From the NCBI RefSeq assembly GCF_009914755.1, contig NC_060926.1: a stretch of DNA of 64,000 bases. One strand, given 5' to 3'. Shown here piece after piece: positions 45,683 to 59,056 of the stretch. The notes under the pieces are model-generated. The model saw only the letters and a program-made list of their open reading frames with translations. It did not search any database and was not told the origin of the DNA. The DNA is from the human T2T-CHM13v2.0 reference genome, Homo sapiens. The translations under genes were made by a program, and so were the position numbers. The first letter of the stretch is position 1. Every line of letters begins with the position of its first letter.

Positions 45683-46699
45683 TATTCCTTTACCTTTTAA
45701 ATAAACTTGCTTTCACTTTATGGATTCCCCTCAAATTCTTTATTGTGTGAAACCCAAGAATCCTCTCTTGGGGTCTGGATCAGGACCCCTTTCCAATAAC
45801 AGAAACACAGCAAAAGTATCCTCTCTCCAGAGGTCTAACAAAATTTAGATAAAAAAATTATTATGCAACCATCCTTGAGGTACAATGGCAAAGGAACAGT
45901 CAAGCTTTCCTAGCTTAAGATGCATAGTATATTCACCACCCTTCCAACCCCTTAAGCTTTATTTATTTTCTTGAATGGGCGTGATGGCCTCAGAGCTCCA
46001 TTTGCTTCTATGTTCAGCATCCCAGCACTCTCAGGAGCTCTACTAAATACATTAAAAGTCAGCCACACCCCAGGCTAATTGATATCTCTTTTCCATGAAA
46101 GTTTCAGCTCCATTTCTTTGGTTTGGTGTCATATGGATCCTTTCATTTCCCATCTTTTAGGAGTCACTCACACTGGAATGAAGGTAGAGGAATTCAATGT
46201 CTTTCACTACTATTCATCTCCTCACTTGCTTTTCTTTGTCTTTTTCTCTCTTAGTCAAGGAGTTATTTTCATTTGGAAACTTCAATGTCTATTGTGTGTG
46301 CTGTGACCTTCTAAGGTACATTTCTTTATAGCCCTGTGTCAACATCACAAGATGCTCTTATTTATATTTTTCCCTTTGCAATTTCATATTCATGCACTGT
46401 CTTGGCCCTGAAAAGTTTAAGTCATATTTCTGACAATTCAGCAAAGTAACTTACTAATTGCATGGTGTGCTGGATACATTGTCTTTACCACTGGGCTTTT
46501 TGTTTGCTTTCAGCATCCTGATATCAGCTACTGATTCTCTGAGAGGGAGCACAGCCTGTTGCTGTGATTGAAAAAAAAAAAAAAACTGATTGGTTAGAGG
46601 AATAATCTGTAAAGCTTCTTAAAAATATAGTCTCACCTCAGACCCACTTGGGACCAGGGACCAGGAGCTCACATTGTACAAAGCCCCATGTTCAGTGGC

Positions 46700-46880
46700 C
46701 TAGTGAACAAGACAGTCTTTAGAGCCATGTAGTTCAAAACTCAGCTGATAACCTTGCTACGCCTCAGTTTCCTTTTCTTTTTTTTAATCTCAAAATAGAG
46801 ATGAATATGAAGGAATTTGTAAAGATAAAATGAAATTGTCTATATAATGAGCACAGTACAAAGTAAGAAATCAACAATTA
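46700..46880 (+). mobile_element. MIR fragment
   Basis: gcctcagtttcc...aaaatagagatg...gtaaagataaaatgaaat. Confidence 0.5.
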
Positions 46881-48499
46881 TTTTCTTTCTCCTTTCCTTA
46901 CAGCTTGTAATTAATCATGGTATTTATAGAGATGTATAAGCAAGAATAGTCCAGTTTGCAAACAACATTTTTTTTCTGTTACTTTTTATTCTTCCTTCTT
47001 CAGAATATGTCTCCATTTTCCAAAACTGCAAGATAAAAAAAGAATCATTGAGCTTCCTGTACTAAGATTATAGTTCACATTCAATTTGTAGCCATCTAGT
47101 CAAAAAAGTGCAAAATCACCTCTTGGTCGTCTCTGCTTTGCCCTATCTTTCTCCAAATGGAAGGGAATGTGCTGTGCCCACCCATTTTGCTGAAATTGAC
47201 CCAAGGGAGAGAAATTTGCCTTGCATTTGTCATTAGAAACCTGTTGCTTTTTTATTCTCTATAGATGCACTAGTTCCATGACTTCACTTTTACTAGGGTC
47301 AATTGGGTTTACATTCAGATTGCATTACAAAGCTGTGAATGGTAACACAGATAAGGGAGAAAACAATAGTCATTAGGCCCTTTTGAACTCAAATTTGCAA
47401 GAAGGAAAAAAAATAAGAAACAATATTTCTAGAGAGAAGATATCGTAGAGTGAGATGTAGAGACTATCTATGTCTATTTCACCCAAGAACTCACCTTTGG
47501 ATTTGCACAACTATATCGATTGACCTCTTAATTGAGTGTTTTTGAAATATTTAACCAGGAGGACTATAACCAGTGTATCTAATAGTTTGGTGATCATATC
47601 TTGAGTAACCAGTTGATTCTCTGCCATGCCTGAAGACTTGGAATTCTGCTTTAAAACACAGTTACACTCATCACTGACAAGTTCAGCTGAGTAGAATTAA
47701 TCTGGAAAAAAAAAATATATATATATAATCTTTTCTCTTTCCTTAACAAAGGATAAGCCAGAAAGCTCAAGAAATCAATGGGAAATGGGAGGCGTTTACA
47801 AAATAAAAACTAATTAGAGGCAAAATGTAACTCTGAGAAATAATAGAGCAATTGGAAAGTACTTGTTAAAGTAGGCAGGCTACTGTAGAATGGCAAATAA
47901 ATATGAACCCCTACAAAACAAATGTTAACCACAGACAGAATAATTTCCATCCTTCTGAAAAAACAAAGGAGTTATTTTGAGATAACAATTCAGAGCGGGA
48001 AAGCAGAAGACCATTCCCGGGAAAAGGCAGGTATACAGCTAAAAATCTGACATGGTGACTAGCTTCCCCACTTTTCTATCCTCTGCCAAGTCCTTTTGAC
48101 TATTTTTTTTTCTTTCTTGACATATTTTTCCTATCAAGTCTGCCTTGGACCTAGTTTTCTTTTTCCTTTCCCAATCAAGTGCTCTAACTGCATTTTGAAG
48201 TTTGATTATCTGTCTCAAGTTATGTCATAACTAGTAATAATCCAGTGTCAGGATGCATGTATAGGTTGTATTATTATATATCATTAACCATCTTAGGAAG
48301 TATATGTAATGACTCCTGGATTATAAAGATTTTGTATTTACCACCAGCCCAATGTGTCCATAGTTATCTTTTGGTTACAAAGTTCCTGACCGTCTCCAAG
48401 TCGCTGCCAACAGTGACTCTACTCTCTCAGTGAAGTCAGAGCTTCTGCCATTCTTCTTTTCAATCTCCATATAAACTTATTTTTAAATAGCTTTGGAAT

Positions 48500-49037
48500 T
48501 AAGATATGATACTAGCTTATATCCTGCAATCTCATTTTGAATAAAGTCCCCAAATCTTTGGCATGTCCTTCCTGCCTTGGTTCTTTATAGTCTCCCCACT
48601 TACCCTCATTCCTCTTCAGCCACACTAGTCTACTTGCTCTTCCAGAAACACACCAAGTCAACTCCCTCCTCAGGCACCGGCACTTATTTTGCTCTATGCT
48701 TTGAAACTCTTCCCTAATACATTGTTCAGATCTCTCCTTAAACATCCTCTCTAAATGGCCTTCTCAGACCACCTTATCTAAAACAGCACCACAGCCACTT
48801 TTATCATTTCACTCTGTTCTAGTTTCCTTCTTGATTCCTATCTATCTGACATTAAATTTGTTTTATTCATTGACATTTTACTTTTACTCCCTCCATGATG
48901 AGCATGTAAGCTCTGTAAAAGTAGGGATCCTGACAGTTTTCTTCTTGTCTCTTTCTCTATATTTATAACAGTGCTTGGAATATGGTAGGGGTTCAGAAAA
49001 TAGACTGAATGGATAAATGAATGAATAAATGAATGAA
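48500..49037 (+). mobile_element. L2a-like 3' fragment
   Basis: ttcctcttcagccacactag, ggccttctcagaccaccttatctaaaacagca, tgtaagctc, and a (TGAA)n tail. Confidence 0.8.
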
Positions 49038-49104
49038 ACACCTTCTACTGCACTCTGAAATGTTTGAGAGCGGTGAACAAACAGCACATAAAATAAACTA
49101 CCTT

Positions 49105-49432
49105 GGCCATCACAGTGGCTTACGCCTGTAATCCCAGCACTTTGGAAGGTGGAGGCGGGTGGATCACGAGGTCAGGAGTTTGAGACCAGCCTGGCCAACA
49201 TGGTGAAACCCCATCTCTACTAAAAATACAAAAATTGGCTGGGCGTGGTGGCACGCACCTGTAATCTCAGTTACTCAGGGGATTACTCAGGGGGCTGAGG
49301 CAGGAGAATCATTTGAACCCGGGAGGCGGAGGTTGTAGAGCCGAGATCGCACCATTGCACTCCAGCCTGGGCGACAGGGCGAGACTTTGTCTCAAGTAAA
49401 TAAATAAATAAATAAATAAATAAACAAAAAAA
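49105..49432 (+). mobile_element. AluSg-like with a (TAAA)n tail
   Basis: ggatcacgaggtcaggagtttgagaccagcctggccaacatgg; short internal duplication ttactcagggg. Confidence 0.93.
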
Positions 49433-49514
49433 CTCCCTTATATATGATAGATATTTAACATAATTTTATAAAAGAGAATGTACGAACAAATGAATGAATA
49501 CAATAGCTATTTGA

Positions 49515-49852
<338 letters not shown>

Positions 49853-52800
49853 TAGTGTATTAGAGAGATTTTCTATGAGTGTTAGTAACATAGAGGAACA
49901 GTGAGGGAGTACCATTGCTGGGGTTTCTGGATTACAAATAAAATTTTTAATTTCTACATTATAATTTTTTTACAGAAAGGGCCAACGGATATTCATGTAG
50001 CAGCCTGAAGAATGACCAATACCGTTGCAAGTAAGGGGCAATGACAGCTGTGTTTCATGGGCCCTAGAATTTCTACTCAATTATGTGCTATTCTAGGGCT
50101 TTTCCATTTCTTTGGGGTGAAGTTAGTTGAATCCTGATCCAAGCTTACTTTTGGAAACTTTGTTATGTTTCATAGCCAGGCAAGCCATACATTATCTTAT
50201 ATACTAATAAGATATTCGTATATTCTATTATATTCTAAACATTTTAGAATTATAGGAGCCATTAGGGCATACAACATTTGCCATATTTCTTTATAATCTC
50301 AATCCGATTTATTGAAATAAAGTATGATTGCATATGTATTGCTAATGGGAGTTTGTCCTTATTGAAAAATAATGATACATTTAAACTTTTTGCTTGAAAT
50401 TTTGTACTAAAGAAAAGTTTAAGGATATCTTGTTCGTTATTCTACAGAATAACTAATACCTAAAGACAAAAGAAAAAAATAACTTTGAGGGGAAGACATT
50501 TGGTATTACAAAAGCCTTTTGATATTTGATTCTGAAATCATTAGTTGTCCAAGCCAAAAAAAAAAAAAAATAGTGAGGGGGAAATCCAATCTTATATACT
50601 GAGATTCAGTTCAAAGCTAATAGCTTACTACTCTAAATTGGCTTTAAATTCACTAATATTCTTGAGACTGATGTTATGAGTGTGTTAGTTTGCAGTAATT
50701 CATATGGTGTTTATACTACCAATATGTAACCTACTTGATCTTTGACTGTTCCAGAAACTACCACCAATAGATTATCCATAAGTTACATATTCATGGTTAT
50801 CAGTGCATCATTTGGGCTTGATGGATTTCTCTTTCTTAGCCATTTAAAATTGTAAGGCAGTGTTTATAGGCTCTGGACACTCTGAATGAGGAAACACATT
50901 CCATTAACTGTAATCATAATAATACTTTTTGTCAGGTGTTACTATTTGTCATTGACCTCATCTTTATAGGCCAGTTCATTGCATGGTCTGAATTTCAACT
51001 CCAGTGTCATGCTTGCTATTTGCAAAATGCTGTGCAGAACTTCTCTTCTTGCGTGTGGACAGCAAAGTTAAACTGAAATAAGAAACCTGACAAAGATTTC
51101 AAGAAGCAAGATAATGTGAGTATGTGTGTGTGCAAGTGTATGTATGTATTTTGAGATCTAAAGATAACCAGAACACTCCAAACATAAATCAAGGAGTGAA
51201 TGATTTGCATGGCAAACCAACATTTAGGTTACAGAAAAGAAACATGTCAGTATTTTCTTTTGTCCCATTCAAATCTGATCTCTTAGGAGCTGTATTAGAG
51301 CACAATTTGTTCAAACAGATATATTTTATGATTTGTTGTATTTGCAAATTCTAGTTAAAATATTTAGTTTGTACCCATGTAGACTGCATGATTTCTATGA
51401 ATTTGGGTTCCACTGATACGATTTTTCCTTTTTTGTGGGACAGTTAGCTGATTAGATTTCTAACATACCTTTTATTTTCATTTTCTCTTATCTCTTTGAT
51501 TTATCTGCACCTCTTATATTTTAATGTATCAGGGAGAATAATTATTTAAGTTTAAAGTTCAAATAAATGTAAAGTTTAAATGTTTATCATGTTTTCTTTT
51601 ATAAAGCTTCCTTTTCAAAATTTTTCAAATATCCCTGAAAGGTTAAAGGATTTGATTTAGGGTCACATGACTGGTTATTGATAAATATAGAACTACAGAC
51701 CTGGAAGGATGTTTGAGGTTAAGCATAAGCTGCAACACTTGTTATTGAACTACTATATTTGATATATACTATTTTATTTAACACAAAAATATGATATTGA
51801 TTTTATAGCTTTTTTATATGTATTTCTAAAACATCCACCAAGCAAACACTAAGGTCCAATTCTCAAACCACATATATGTTATTTTCAGCTGTGGTTAGAG
51901 ATTCAAATATGAAAATGGGGCAGTAAGACCCACAGTAGATATAGTAAAGAAATCTAATAGAATTAGCCTTAGCTATTCTGTCTTTTGTAATAACTTGGGA
52001 TGGCAATTATGTTTGCCTTACATCAAGTTGCTACAATTCAAGTATTATTGAATTACAATATATGTTTAAATAAAAATGGTAAATCTTCAAGCTTATTACA
52101 AGGGCAATATATTATAGAATTGAACTAGATGCTAATATGTAACAGCTTTTGCTTTATATGCCATATGATTTATATTTACATCTCAGAAATGAATTCCACA
52201 ATAATCTTATATTAATCAAGATTCAAAAAGTATCCTAAATCTCCCAATAATTTTCCTCTTTTTGAAAATGGATAGGTATATTGGGAAGATTGTATGGTTC
52301 ACAGTCTTTTCTTGCTTTTTACAAAAATCTTGCTTTTCAATAAGCAAGGAAAGCTTAAAAGAGGGAAATATAACAAAAATTTTAAAAAGCCAGAAAAAGA
52401 ACAAGGCAAGAAAAAAAGAAAAGCATAGTTGTTTGCCATATTTGGCACCTGATGATAAAGGCAAGTGATCCTAAAATGTTTTGAGGAAACAATTGTGCAA
52501 TATTAGAATTTTAAAAATCAAAACAATCTTGAATAAGTACATAATCCATCTTGTGTTCTTTATTTTCCCCTGAAGAAATATGGTGAATGGGATTAGCTTT
52601 CCTAAATAAACTAATCCTATTTCAGGGAAATGTCATTTTCCATGTGAAAACACCTGTACACTTCTAACTCCTCTGCCTGAAAGTTTTCTCATTGTATGCT
52701 GTGTTTACTTGTTTCTCAGCGGGGTTTGCTGATGCTAATGGACTCACAGCAGTGCATCCTACTTCAGTTATTACAGGTCTAATTCAGTCATTAACATTTC

Positions 52801-53269
52801 ATTAATGGACGGGCCTCCTAGCTGCCTGTGAGGCTGTGCAGATATTGATGAGCTCTCTGCTAAAAGAAACAAGTCTTTAAGGTGGACTGCTGCTTTAGAC
52901 ACAGAGTGTCTTAGTGAGGTTTTGCTGGGAGAAGCGTGAATTGTTTTAGCTAAGTCCCAGGTTTAGCTAAGTCCCAGGTTAAGACACAATGGAGAATGAT
53001 AAGAGTTTTGTCCCTTACCTTCAGGGATTCCACAGCATTTAACAAATTGAGCACACATTTTATTTTAGAATGAGTGGTTAATTAATAATGTCATCCAAAA
53101 CAAAGCACTGTGCATGTGCCCGAGGTAAGAAATCAGAAACCATTTTCTCACAACAATTTAAACGTTGCTGTTTTTTGTTACTGGAAGTACAAACTTGAAG
53201 AAGTAGCTTAATGAAGATGTCATTTAATGTCTAGTTTCCCAGCAGCTACTGTCACCATAGTAAAGCATC

Positions 53270-53650
53270 CTGAGCTTAATGCCTTCAGTCACTTTTTATA
53301 CTTTCTCACCTCTATCGACTCCAATCAGGCTTCAAACCTCCATTGCCAGGGAAACTAGTGATTTCTATATTGCTAAACCAGATGGTCATTTAAGCTGGCA
53401 TTGGTTACTTGATCTTTCAGCAGCATTTGATACGGAACCAGCCCTTATTTCTTTCGATGGGCTCCATCATCCCATACTCTCTTGACATTTTACCAGCTAC
53501 TTTTGCAGCCTTCTTTGCTGGTTTTCTCTCTTCTGCTCAAAAACTACAGGTTGACATGCACCTCCTGTTCAATTCCTCAGTGACTCAGTCCAACCCAATG
53601 GCTTTAATACCATTTCTGTGCATAAGATTTTCAAGTCTAAGCCTTTTGCC
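53270..53650 (+). mobile_element. L2 internal fragment
   Basis: ctccaatcaggctt, attgctaaaccagatggtca, cttgatctttcagcagcatttgatac (LLDLSAAFDT is the L2/CR1 reverse transcriptase motif). Confidence 0.7.
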
Positions 53651-53654
53651 CCAA

Positions 53655-53830
53655 CTTCATTTTGCAGTCCTAAGAAAGTTAAAAAGTGGTTTCCATTCTA
53701 GCTCCTTCACCAGCTTTCTATGTTACATTAAGTCAAAGAACTTCCCTTAACTTCTACTTTCTTTTCTATAAAATAAAGTTGTTGAACTATATGATCTCTA
53801 AGGTCTCTTCAAGCTCTAAAATTCTATGAC
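53655..53830 (+). mobile_element. MIR (MIR3/MIRc-like)
   Basis: ttgaactatatgatctctaaggtctcttcaagctctaaaattctatga. Confidence 0.6.
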
Positions 53831-56275
53831 TAGGAATCTGAGCTTTGTATAAACAGGACAATCAGATCTAAGAGTATGAACTGTATCCCCAGTTCTCCTA
53901 TTAAACAAATTGTTATCTTCCTGTGCAACTGAGAATTGAAATATATTGTATCATACCAATTTCTAATGCAAGTACTTTGTGAAAATTCCTAATTTGATAC
54001 CACAATTATGCTTGCAATGTAAGATTATTAAGCACAGCCATATTGCTTATAACCGTACATGGAACTTATATTGTTGCAATAAAGTGTGTTTAAATTCCAT
54101 TACATAACCTTATTGTATTCTTTGATAGCATCCACAATTTTAATAGGAAAAAAATAAGCAGGCAATCAAAAAAGAATGATTGTGAGTAACCGTAAACTCT
54201 ATTCTGATGCTTAAAAGGAGTAACTAGTGAGTTTCCTGTAAGCACCTTTAAATTGTGTTTATGGTCAGTATATTCTAAGCATCACAATGAACATAAGTAT
54301 GATTAGGTTTGGGTCACTTCAAAACACTTTAAATAAGATTATTCATCAAAATATATTCTATGAGAATGTAGATTCTGCTTCATAAATAGGACTTTCATAT
54401 TTTTGTTTGTTTTGTATGATATTTTAAGACACTTTAAATTTTAGTCTTCTAGGATTATGCTGTTGAGTTATAGGAAAAATATAAAAGCTTGAAGAACTTA
54501 ATTTATTTGATAAAACTAAACATGAGGAAAGTAAAGACTTTACAAAATTATACAAAGAAGTAATCCAGAGTAAATTGGTTAATGTGTTTCCCACAGAAAA
54601 CTTTAACAGTGGATAAGTTGAGGATGTAGGTTGTGCTCATTTAACACAGGAGAAAATATGTATATAATTTCTAGGCCACATGGCCAAAGTTTTATTTAAA
54701 CTTTTTAAAGTTTTTATAAACCTTTTAAAATTTAATAATAACAAAGATATAAATCACATATTGAAAAATGATGAGCAGAGTAAACAGAGCTAAAGAGTAT
54801 GATGAAATATTATAACTGTCTTCTTTGCAGTTGCCCATCTGACCTCATTTTGATGTTCTCATCATTTAAAAGCTTTTATTCCTTTAAAATAACAGAATTC
54901 CAAATCCCCAGTCTCCAAAGATATAAATGTACCCCAATTCAAGAATGGGAATACCTCAGTGCCACTCAACTTTTAGTTTTATGCTGTATATAGAGAAACC
55001 CATGTAAAATAAAATTAATTAGAAATTATGTTAAATGCTGTTTATAATTAAAATCAAAGTCATCTCAGCAAAGAGAAAAATTATAGATTATTTCCTCAAT
55101 AAAAATAACAATAGTAATATGAATCAATGCACAACACAAATCTGTAATATTTGATTTTTTCTGGCAACTTTTAATTTTAATTAATTTTTACTTATTTACT
55201 TGAACTATATAATACCTTCCATAGTTTTCTTCCCTCTGACAGGATCTTGTAATGAAACTTCAAATCAATCAAGAACACTCTGTCACGCATGTTTTGACAA
55301 GTAACGAAATCCAGTATGTGTCCAAGGCCTAGTTTACTAGTACTGTGAAGAGAGTATGAAAGTGAATCACAAGGAAATTTCAGTTGCCTAAATCAGTTCA
55401 ATCTGATGCAATATGGTCAAGTCTCTCCTAGGATAATTTATTTACAACTCTCTTAATTTTCAGTACTTATATGAAGAACCATAATCCATCTCTCAGTTTC
55501 TTTTGCTCAAGAGCTGGTAGCCGTGTCTCCATCACACATTTAGCTTTTTGTGCAGATGCCCTAGATTTGTCTAGCTGCCTCAGATTCTCCTATTGTCAAT
55601 GCCATTCTAAAATTCTGGAGAAGGGAACGCTACTGAGCTGTCACTTTGTAAGGCATTTCTTGCTATTTGTAGAAAATATGAGAAAAATTGTTGAATACAC
55701 TTTCTCTTTTACTAACCTTTCTACTGCTGATCCTCTACTTTAGAAATGTATGATTTTATGTTCCACAGAAGCAATTGGTCTCACATTTGATCTCCAGCTA
55801 CCTTTTCAGATAAATAACATCAGTTCCCTGTCATTCATGATATGATTCAGCCAGATTGTACTACTGGCCATGTCTGTCAAGAATGTGACATATTCTCTCC
55901 CTCTGCCTGGTTATGTAATGGCAGTTAACTCTGCAACTCTTCTTGAATACTTTTGTCTAGTTGACAAGCTCTTACTCATTACTTTTCCCTCTACCATCTT
56001 TTCTCTCTGTGATTCCAAAGCATTAGTTACACCCTCTCTTTATATTATGTAAAACATTGCATTAATATCATTTATTTGTATATGTACTATGTACCTCCCT
56101 GAACAAACTAAAAACACAATTTAAGATGAAGGATGAAGGAAGGATTTTTTTTTCCCTTTGTGCCTCTACTGCCAAGAATAATACCTGGTTTGTATTTGGA
56201 GTTTGGATATACAAATTGGTTGTCATGAGAATCTCCTTATTTATTGATTAGATTGTGGATTTAGTGACTATTTAG

Positions 56276-56650
56276 TGCTATAGATGGAATTGTGTACCCC
56301 CACCCCCGCCAACCTGAAAAACTCATATGTTTAAGACATGGTCACCAATGGGATGGTATTGGAGATGGGGGCTAATTAGGTTTAGATGAGGGTCATGAGG
56401 GTGGGAACCTGATGTTGGGATTAGTGACCTTTAAAAAGAGACATCAGAGAGCTGGCTCTTTTCCTCTCTTTTTGCACACTGTGGGAGGACACAAGAAAAA
56501 GGTGGCTGTCTGCAAGTCAGGAAGAAGGCCATCACCAGAGCCCGAATATGCTGCCACCCTGATCTCAAACTTCAACAGTTCAGAAATGTGAGAAAATACC
56601 TATATGTAGTTTAAGGCACCTAGTCTGTGGCATTTTATTATGGCAGTCTA
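56276..56650 (+). mobile_element. MLT1A-type MaLR LTR
   Basis: tgctatagatggaattgtgt; aattaggtttagatgagggtcatgagggtggg; ggctgtctgcaagtcaggaaga; ttattatggcag. Confidence 0.8.
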
Positions 56651-57890
56651 CCCCCAGATTTTCCTCTAAAAATCTTCTAGTATTTCAATAACTAAAGCTG
56701 TCTGTCAGGAAATATACCAAATTTTGGGTAGCCAATGAAACACTACTGTTTTTTTCAATTATATAATTGAAAGTATTAATATCTATCATTAATTTCTCTA
56801 ATTTATTTCCCCAACTTTTATAGATTTTCCTGCTATAAACCTTTACTTGTGTATAAAATATAATAGAGATGCCAAGATAGATTCAACCATTAATGGTTTT
56901 GGCATCAATGTTATATGGGGGGGTGTTCACAATTGGAGAAATGATTAGTCTAAATTTCTCTCCTGTTACCTATAAGGAAGTCAGTGGGGGTTTATTGGGT
57001 GGTCCAGTGTTATTTCCACTTGGAAAGAAAATTATTCTTATCTTCTATGGACAATTAACTTATGTCTGAAGAATGTGAGTTGATTTACCTTCACCATATT
57101 CACTTTGTAGCACTGAAGATGTTATTAGTGGTCATAAAATTACTTAATTCTGTCTGTGCAGATTATTTAATTAAATGATCCTTGGAGCCAGAAATGCTGC
57201 AGGTTAACTATATGCTGTGTGAGAAAATATTTCTTTTTATTTGGTCTACATTTATTGCCCTTTAAATTCAATAAGGGTCCCTCTGCTCTCATATTTCACA
57301 CTTGGGTGAGTAGGAGGGAGTGGTCAAACATCATTTGACTCTGAAGGTCGAACTCAGCTCTTCACATACAACTGGTCTCTTCCCAAAATACAAAGTTCAT
57401 TCATTTTGTATTTTAAAATACAGACTTTCTCTCCTCCCTTCTCGCAGTTATTTTTAACATTTTCCTTACGTTTCCCTAGCGATATCACAGGTTTAAGTAA
57501 ATGTCTTCCTAAAAACATTGGGAAATAATCATCCAGGAAGAGCAGCAATCCCTGGAGCTATGAAATAGATTCCACACAGGAAGTAGACATGATACCTTGT
57601 TAATCACCTCAGCTGTGCCTGGAGTGAGTTGGGGGAACAGGTGGAGTCATCAGGTGTTAGGATTTCCTGTTTGATTCCCACATGGGTGTTTCTCCAGATT
57701 TAGTCTGCGTGGCCTGTGAGTTCTGTCCAGTGAAAAATTCTTGCCTAGCATATAATACAATACTTGCCTTACCTTTGTTCTCAAAACTGATTAAACAAAC
57801 AACAAAAAAATGAAGAGCAGAGGGAAAGAATGTTGATTAAATAGCCTTCCTGTTTAAGAAATAATTGAACATTTATGTTTGACATATAAG

Positions 57891-58054
57891 AAGTCATATT
57901 CATAGGATAGTAGAGCAGAAGTGTGGACTGTGTTCATTTAAAATTCTGACTAGTCTTTTGAAATTATATTTAAAGTCATATTCATAGCATACTAGAGCAG
58001 AAGTGTGGACTGTGTTCATTTGAAATTCTGACTAGTCTTTTGAAATTATATTTA
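57891..58054. repeat. Tandem duplication, 2 x 82 bp
   Basis: Copies at 57891-57972 and 57973-58054 differ at 3 positions. Confidence 0.95.
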
Positions 58055-58239
58055 TTCATTTGTTAGGCTTTTTGAGATCTGAAGAAATAATCCATGAACG
58101 TATCTCAATGGATTATACAAAAACAGTAGACTAGAAAAGTGATCACATGGAAGAAAATTCCAATGAACAAAAGAAGCAACAGCCTGAACCTATCCCTGCA
58201 AAAGGCAATGCTTTACCAGAAGAGTGGTAGTCTTATTTA

Positions 58240-58460
58240 ATATGGCTCAGTAGCTGAAAATCCCATATTCTGGAGCTAAATAGTGTGGGTTGAAAAGTCA
58301 AGCCCTACCTAATATATATTATTGGACAAATCACTTATCCTTTCTGTGTCTCAGTTTACTAATTTAAAGTGTTGATTTTACTATTACTTACTGTATAGGA
58401 TTGTGAGGATGATAATGTTAATATTAATAATGTTCTTAATATGGTATCTGGCACAAACCA
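58240..58460 (+). mobile_element. MIR
   Basis: ttggacaaatcacttatcctttctgtgtctcagttt; ataggattgtgaggat. Confidence 0.65.
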
Positions 58461-58530
58461 AAACCTATTCCCCCTTGACATTCCAAATGATGTTACTTTT
58501 AAAGATGAAGAGTATAAATCTTTGAGATGT

Positions 58531-59056
58531 TGTGTTAGTTATCTATTGCTGCTTAACAAACATCTCACATTTTTATACAAATGTTAACTGCTTTATATAA
58601 CAATGACTTGTTTTTTCTTACATATGTATTAGTAGGTTGGGGATTCTGCTTATCTCTGCTGGGCTTCACTGGGACCTTCTGGACTCCCACATATATCTGT
58701 GATTAGCTGTTTTGCAGTATAGAGGCTGGGTGATCTAGGGGGTTGTTGGCATTGGTAAGTTGACACTGTCCTGCCTGGTCTCTCATCCTTCATATGCTAC
58801 TTCAGGCATGATCTGATAGGGCAGGCTTCAAAGGGAGTAAGTAAAAATGTACAATACAAACAATTTTTTAGGCCTTTGCTTGTATGAAGCCTGCTAACAT
58901 TCTTTTGACTAAAGCAAATCACATGTCTATGTGCAGTTGATGTGATAGGCAAATAGACACCAACCCTTTTAATAGGAATTGCAAAGATACAGAGCACAGG
59001 GTATGGATAAAGGAATAGGTAATGTATTCGGGTCATCAAGCCTATCCATTTGCCAC
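58531..59056 (-). mobile_element. MLT1 (G/H-like) MaLR LTR
   Basis: tgtgttagttatctattgctgcttaacaaac ... ttgactaaagcaaatcacatg ... gccaca. Confidence 0.7.

Noticed and set aside
52945-52978. Perfect 17-bp tandem duplication tttagctaagtcccagg
   Set aside because: Real but an ordinary micro-duplication with no further implication.
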